Origin: a virus
Direction: 5' to 3' (one strand)
UHGV virus genome: UHGV-1443059
DNA: 6,834 nucleotides
The notes beneath the pieces were generated by a model. The model worked only from the letters and a program-made list of their open reading frames with translations. It made no database searches and was not told the origin of the DNA. Positions within the stretch are counted from its first letter, which is position 1; every line of letters starts with the position of its first letter. Positions 5,701 through 6,834 of the stretch are shown here, piece by piece. Both the position numbers and the translations under genes were made by a program.

Positions 5701-6834
5701 ACAGTTAAATGCGTCGAACAGCAACATTTACACACCTGTATTTGTTGAGAGTATTTTAAAGGTTAATATACCAGTTAGTATTTATCTTAAATCGGCAGAT
5801 CATTTTGATGACAAATATATCAGCTCAACAAGTGACAGTTGGGTATTCGATTATTCAGGAAGCCGCTGCTATGCCCACTTTCGTCAGGATAAAATCAGCA
5901 ACCAATTAATCAAATATATTTGCTTCCATTATGCATCTGCCAAGTGTCCAGCTCAGGTTCCTGGGGTACTCCATGCGTGGTCTTTGGCAACTGATCATTG
6001 CATAAGCAAATCTGCTTTCACTTTTACGGTGTTGAAAGATTACCTCGAAACTCAGGAAATTAAACCTCAATATTTCTACTTTATCATTTTCGGCCTAAAA
6101 ATCCTCTGTACCGAAGCATTCCCTGGTTTTACCCTCGAAGATTATGAAGACCTCGAATTCATCCCTCGCCCGCACTCCCATGACTGGGGAATCTATCAGG
6201 AAATTGATCATGTTCTGGATCCCCTCGAAAAAAACATGATCAGTAAAGGCTTGTTTGAAATGGCTGTGGCGATTCGGTATGGCGAAAACTACAGTCTGAA
6301 CACCATGCGAGATGCAGTAATTCTGGGACTGACGTATGTCACCGGTGCCCGACCGGTACAACTGGCCAAGCTGGCGGTAAAAGATTTACGTATTGATACC
6401 CGAAACTCCGAAACCGGATTAATACGATATAGCTTACTCCTTCCTTACGCCAAACAGCGGCACGTAACGACTGAACGTCTGTTTTTGGCGATTCCAGCTG
6501 AAATCGGCGCGTTGATTAGGCACTATATCGAGCGAGCGCAACTAAAACCTGATGGCAAGCTATTTGAATTTAGTAACTCTGCACCGTTTAATGTGTCCAG
6601 AGCGATTAACAAGGCCTTCCTCTGTTTCAGTCCGCCAGATTATCAGGCAGCCGTAAAGCGTGGCGAAGCGGCTTTGCCAACCATTACCCCGACCGACTTG
6701 CGCCACAACGTGGGGCATTCACTGGCTATGCAAGGGGTCAGCGCCGAGGAAATTGCGCATATTCTGGGACATAGCTCCCTTACTGTTGCCAAGTATTACA
6801 TTCTGGCGACGCCTGCACTGGCACTGATTCGAGC
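5684..6834 (+). CDS. Second tyrosine recombinase (phage-integrase family), 3' end outside the window; at least 383 aa
   Basis: Frame 2 is open from ATG 5684 to the window end (translated by hand, no stops). Motifs: TGARPVQLAKL (box I Arg), PYAKQRH (Lys), TDLRH (box II Arg-His), ILGHSSLTVAKYY (His plus catalytic Tyr). Start overlaps the upstream recombinase gene by 17 nt (stop TAA 5698-5700). Confidence 0.85.
   Translation, partial: MSRINKQLNASNSNIYTPVFVESILKVNIPVSIYLKSADHFDDKYISSTSDSWVFDYSGSRCYAHFRQDKISNQLIKYICFHYASAKCPAQVPGVLHAWSLATDHCISKSAFTFTVLKDYLETQEIKPQYFYFIIFGLKILCTEAFPGFTLEDYEDLEFIPRPHSHDWGIYQEIDHVLDPLEKNMISKGLFEMAVAIRYGENYSLNTMRDAVILGLTYVTGARPVQLAKLAVKDLRIDTRNSETGLIRYSLLLPYAKQRHVTTERLFLAIPAEIGALIRHYIERAQLKPDGKLFEFSNSAPFNVSRAINKAFLCFSPPDYQAAVKRGEAALPTITPTDLRHNVGHSLAMQGVSAEEIAHILGHSSLTVAKYYILATPALALIR

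Noticed and set aside
6095-6361. 88-aa minus-strand ORF inside the second recombinase gene
   Set aside because: Antisense to an ORF with clear tyrosine-recombinase motifs.
1-6834. CRISPR arrays, tRNA or rRNA genes
   Set aside because: No regularly spaced direct repeats and no tRNA/rRNA-like sequence noticed anywhere in the window.

Overview
The window holds the assembly/egress half of an Ff/IKe-like filamentous phage (Inovirus) on the + strand: the 3' end of gene III, then gene VI, gene I (with a nested gene XI start) and the gene IV secretin. The proteins are clearly homologous to M13 pIII-CT/pVI/pI/pIV but divergent, so this is a natural relative, not an M13 vector. Instead of the Ff intergenic region and gene II, gene IV is followed by a strong hairpin, a 102-aa ORF, a second hairpin, a 77-aa CxxC...CxxC zinc-ribbon ORF with a strong RBS, and then an exact 28/28 copy of the enterobacterial chromosomal dif site (4127-4154). 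This is best explained as the right junction of a prophage integrated at dif by host XerCD (an IMEX), with the two small ORFs sitting in the cargo position next to the attachment site. Immediately beyond dif lie two tandem, overlapping tyrosine-recombinase genes (4246-5700 and 5684 to beyond the window end); both have long N-terminal extensions and are not XerC/D-like in size. No rRNA, tRNA or CRISPR array was seen. All calls rest on reading the sequence and recalled family knowledge; no database search was possible.
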